A stretch of 64,000 nucleotides of DNA from a virus. Shown here one piece after another: positions 62,678 through 64,000 of the stretch; position 1 is the stretch's first letter; each line of letters opens with the position of its first letter. The stretch lies in the IMG/VR virus record IMGVR_UViG_3300025395_000007, one strand, 5' to 3'. The notes under the pieces were generated by a model. The model did not search any database. It saw nothing but the letters and a program-made list of their open reading frames with translations, and was not told the DNA's origin. Position numbers and translations under genes: made by a program.

Positions 62678-64000
62678 TGGATACAGTAAGCATTGAGAAG
62701 ATTAACGAAGTCTATAATAAAATTCATTGCGATCCATCTATCGCATATGAACTCAATGATTATTTCACATTTGATGTTCCAGGCGCTAAGTTTATGCCTG
62801 CATATAAAAATAAATTTTGGGATGGCAAGGTTAGATTATTTCAGTTAATGACTGGATACCTTTACGCTGGCCTTAATGGTTATGTTGAAGAATTTTGTAG
62901 ATCAAGAAATTATGTCGTTGACTATATCAGCGAATTTGCTTCCACTGAATTTTCAGTAACAGAAGCCAACCAATTTATTAGTAAATTAAATCTTCCAGAA
63001 AAATATATACCTAGAGATTATCAGCTCGAAGCTTTTGTATATGCAGTTCGTAATCGTAGAGCTGTATTATTATCACCAACTGCTTCTGGTAAATCTTTTA
63101 TCATTTATCTCCTTATGAGATATTATAGTGTTAAAACACTTATCATTGTACCAACCACTTCTTTGGTTAGTCAACTATATTCTGATTTTGCAGATTATGG
63201 ATTTCAATCTGACATTTTCTGTCATAGAATTTATTCTGGCCAAGAGAAACATTCTAATCGGCCGATTACTATTTCGACTTGGCAGTCGATATACAAACTT
63301 CCTAAAGATTATTTCTCGCAGTTTGATTTAATCATTGGCGACGAAGCTCATTTATTCAAAGCTAAATCTTTAACATCAATAATGTCTAAGATGGAAACGA
63401 CTCCATATCGTTTTGGTTTCACAGGTACACTTGATGGAGCGCAAACTAATAAACTGGTGTTAGAAGGTTTGTTTGGTCCAGTTCGTAAAGTTATTACGAC
63501 AGCTGAATTGATCGAACAGAAACATGTTGCTGATTTTAAAATTAAAGCAATCGTTCTTTCTTATCCAGAAGAAATCCGCAAAGCCGTTTCTAAAATGGAT
63601 TATCAAACTGAAATGGATTATCTTGTTCGTTTAGAACCTAGAAATAGGTTTATTCGTAATCTTGCATTATCCCTTGAAGGTAATACTTTATTATTGTTTC
63701 AATATGTAGATAAACATGGTAAAGGATTATATGAAGCTCTAAAAAGAGAAACAGATCGTCCAGTGTATTATGTTTCTGGATCTGTCGATGGTGAAGAAAG
63801 AGAAGAGATTCGTAAAATTGTTGAACAACAAAACAATGCAATTATCGTTGCTTCTTATGGAACATTCTCCACTGGTGTAAATATTAAAAATCTCCATAAT
63901 GTTATTTTTTCTTCTCCTTCGAAATCCAGAATAAGAAATCTTCAGTCGATCGGGCGTGGTTTACGTAGGTCGGAAACAAAGACGGAATCAACTCTATATG
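62677..64000 (+). CDS. uvsW: DNA helicase UvsW (runs off window end)
   Basis: Not in ORF track; ATG 62677 overlaps uvsY stop; WDGKVRLF, PRDYQ, SPTASGKS, IGDEAH, GFTGT, ASYGTFSTGVNI, LQSIGRGLR. Confidence 0.95.
   Translation, partial: MDTVSIEKINEVYNKIHCDPSIAYELNDYFTFDVPGAKFMPAYKNKFWDGKVRLFQLMTGYLYAGLNGYVEEFCRSRNYVVDYISEFASTEFSVTEANQFISKLNLPEKYIPRDYQLEAFVYAVRNRRAVLLSPTASGKSFIIYLLMRYYSVKTLIIVPTTSLVSQLYSDFADYGFQSDIFCHRIYSGQEKHSNRPITISTWQSIYKLPKDYFSQFDLIIGDEAHLFKAKSLTSIMSKMETTPYRFGFTGTLDGAQTNKLVLEGLFGPVRKVITTAELIEQKHVADFKIKAIVLSYPEEIRKAVSKMDYQTEMDYLVRLEPRNRFIRNLALSLEGNTLLLFQYVDKHGKGLYEALKRETDRPVYYVSGSVDGEEREEIRKIVEQQNNAIIVASYGTFSTGVNIKNLHNVIFSSPSKSRIRNLQSIGRGLRRSETKTESTLY

Noticed and set aside
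1023-63841. Many short alternative-frame and antisense ORFs in the ORF track (e.g. 1023-1355, 24595-24909, 27488-27859, 58587-58910, 63128-63331)
   Set aside because: They lie within well-supported phage genes, lack SD sequences and read as shadow translations
49529-64000. Introns or inteins in terminase, portal, capsid or UvsW
   Set aside because: ORFs are continuous and of ordinary length, with no intein splice motifs noticed
1-64000. Stop-codon reassignment (alternative genetic code)
   Set aside because: Core genes are intact under code 11, and TAA, TAG and TGA all terminate conserved genes at expected positions

Overview
This window is about 64 kb of an AT-rich T4-like myophage genome. 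Its layout resembles environmental, non-coliphage T4-likes; the host cannot be determined from sequence. In order it contains: the 3' part of a tRNA; gp33, gp59 and gp32; a minus-strand hub/head-completion operon (gp4, gp2, gp54-like, gp26/gp51, a holin, and a tape-measure-position protein with two peptidoglycan hydrolase domains); the baseplate cluster (gp48, gp53, gp27-like, gp5 split into pieces, PAAR, gp25, gp6, gp7-like, gp8, a VrlC/DUF4815-like protein split in two); about 17 kb of fibre/adhesin genes; neck, terminase, sheath, tube, portal, prohead and capsid genes (gp13-gp23); gp3, uvsY and a partial uvsW. T4-type late promoters (TATAAATA) and two TTGACT-N17-TATACT promoters are visible. 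The most notable observations are: (1) a T TTT TTT slippery site that would fuse gp26 to gp51 by -1 frameshifting, like lambda G/GT chaperones; (2) a gp5 spike split across three ORFs with no lysozyme domain; (3) apparent plug-and-socket terminal motifs linking fibre proteins; (4) very Asn-rich external virion proteins with many N-X-S/T sequons, possibly glycosylated; (5) a tRNA with a UAU anticodon and a long class-II variable arm. All product calls come from motif recognition and synteny, not database searches.
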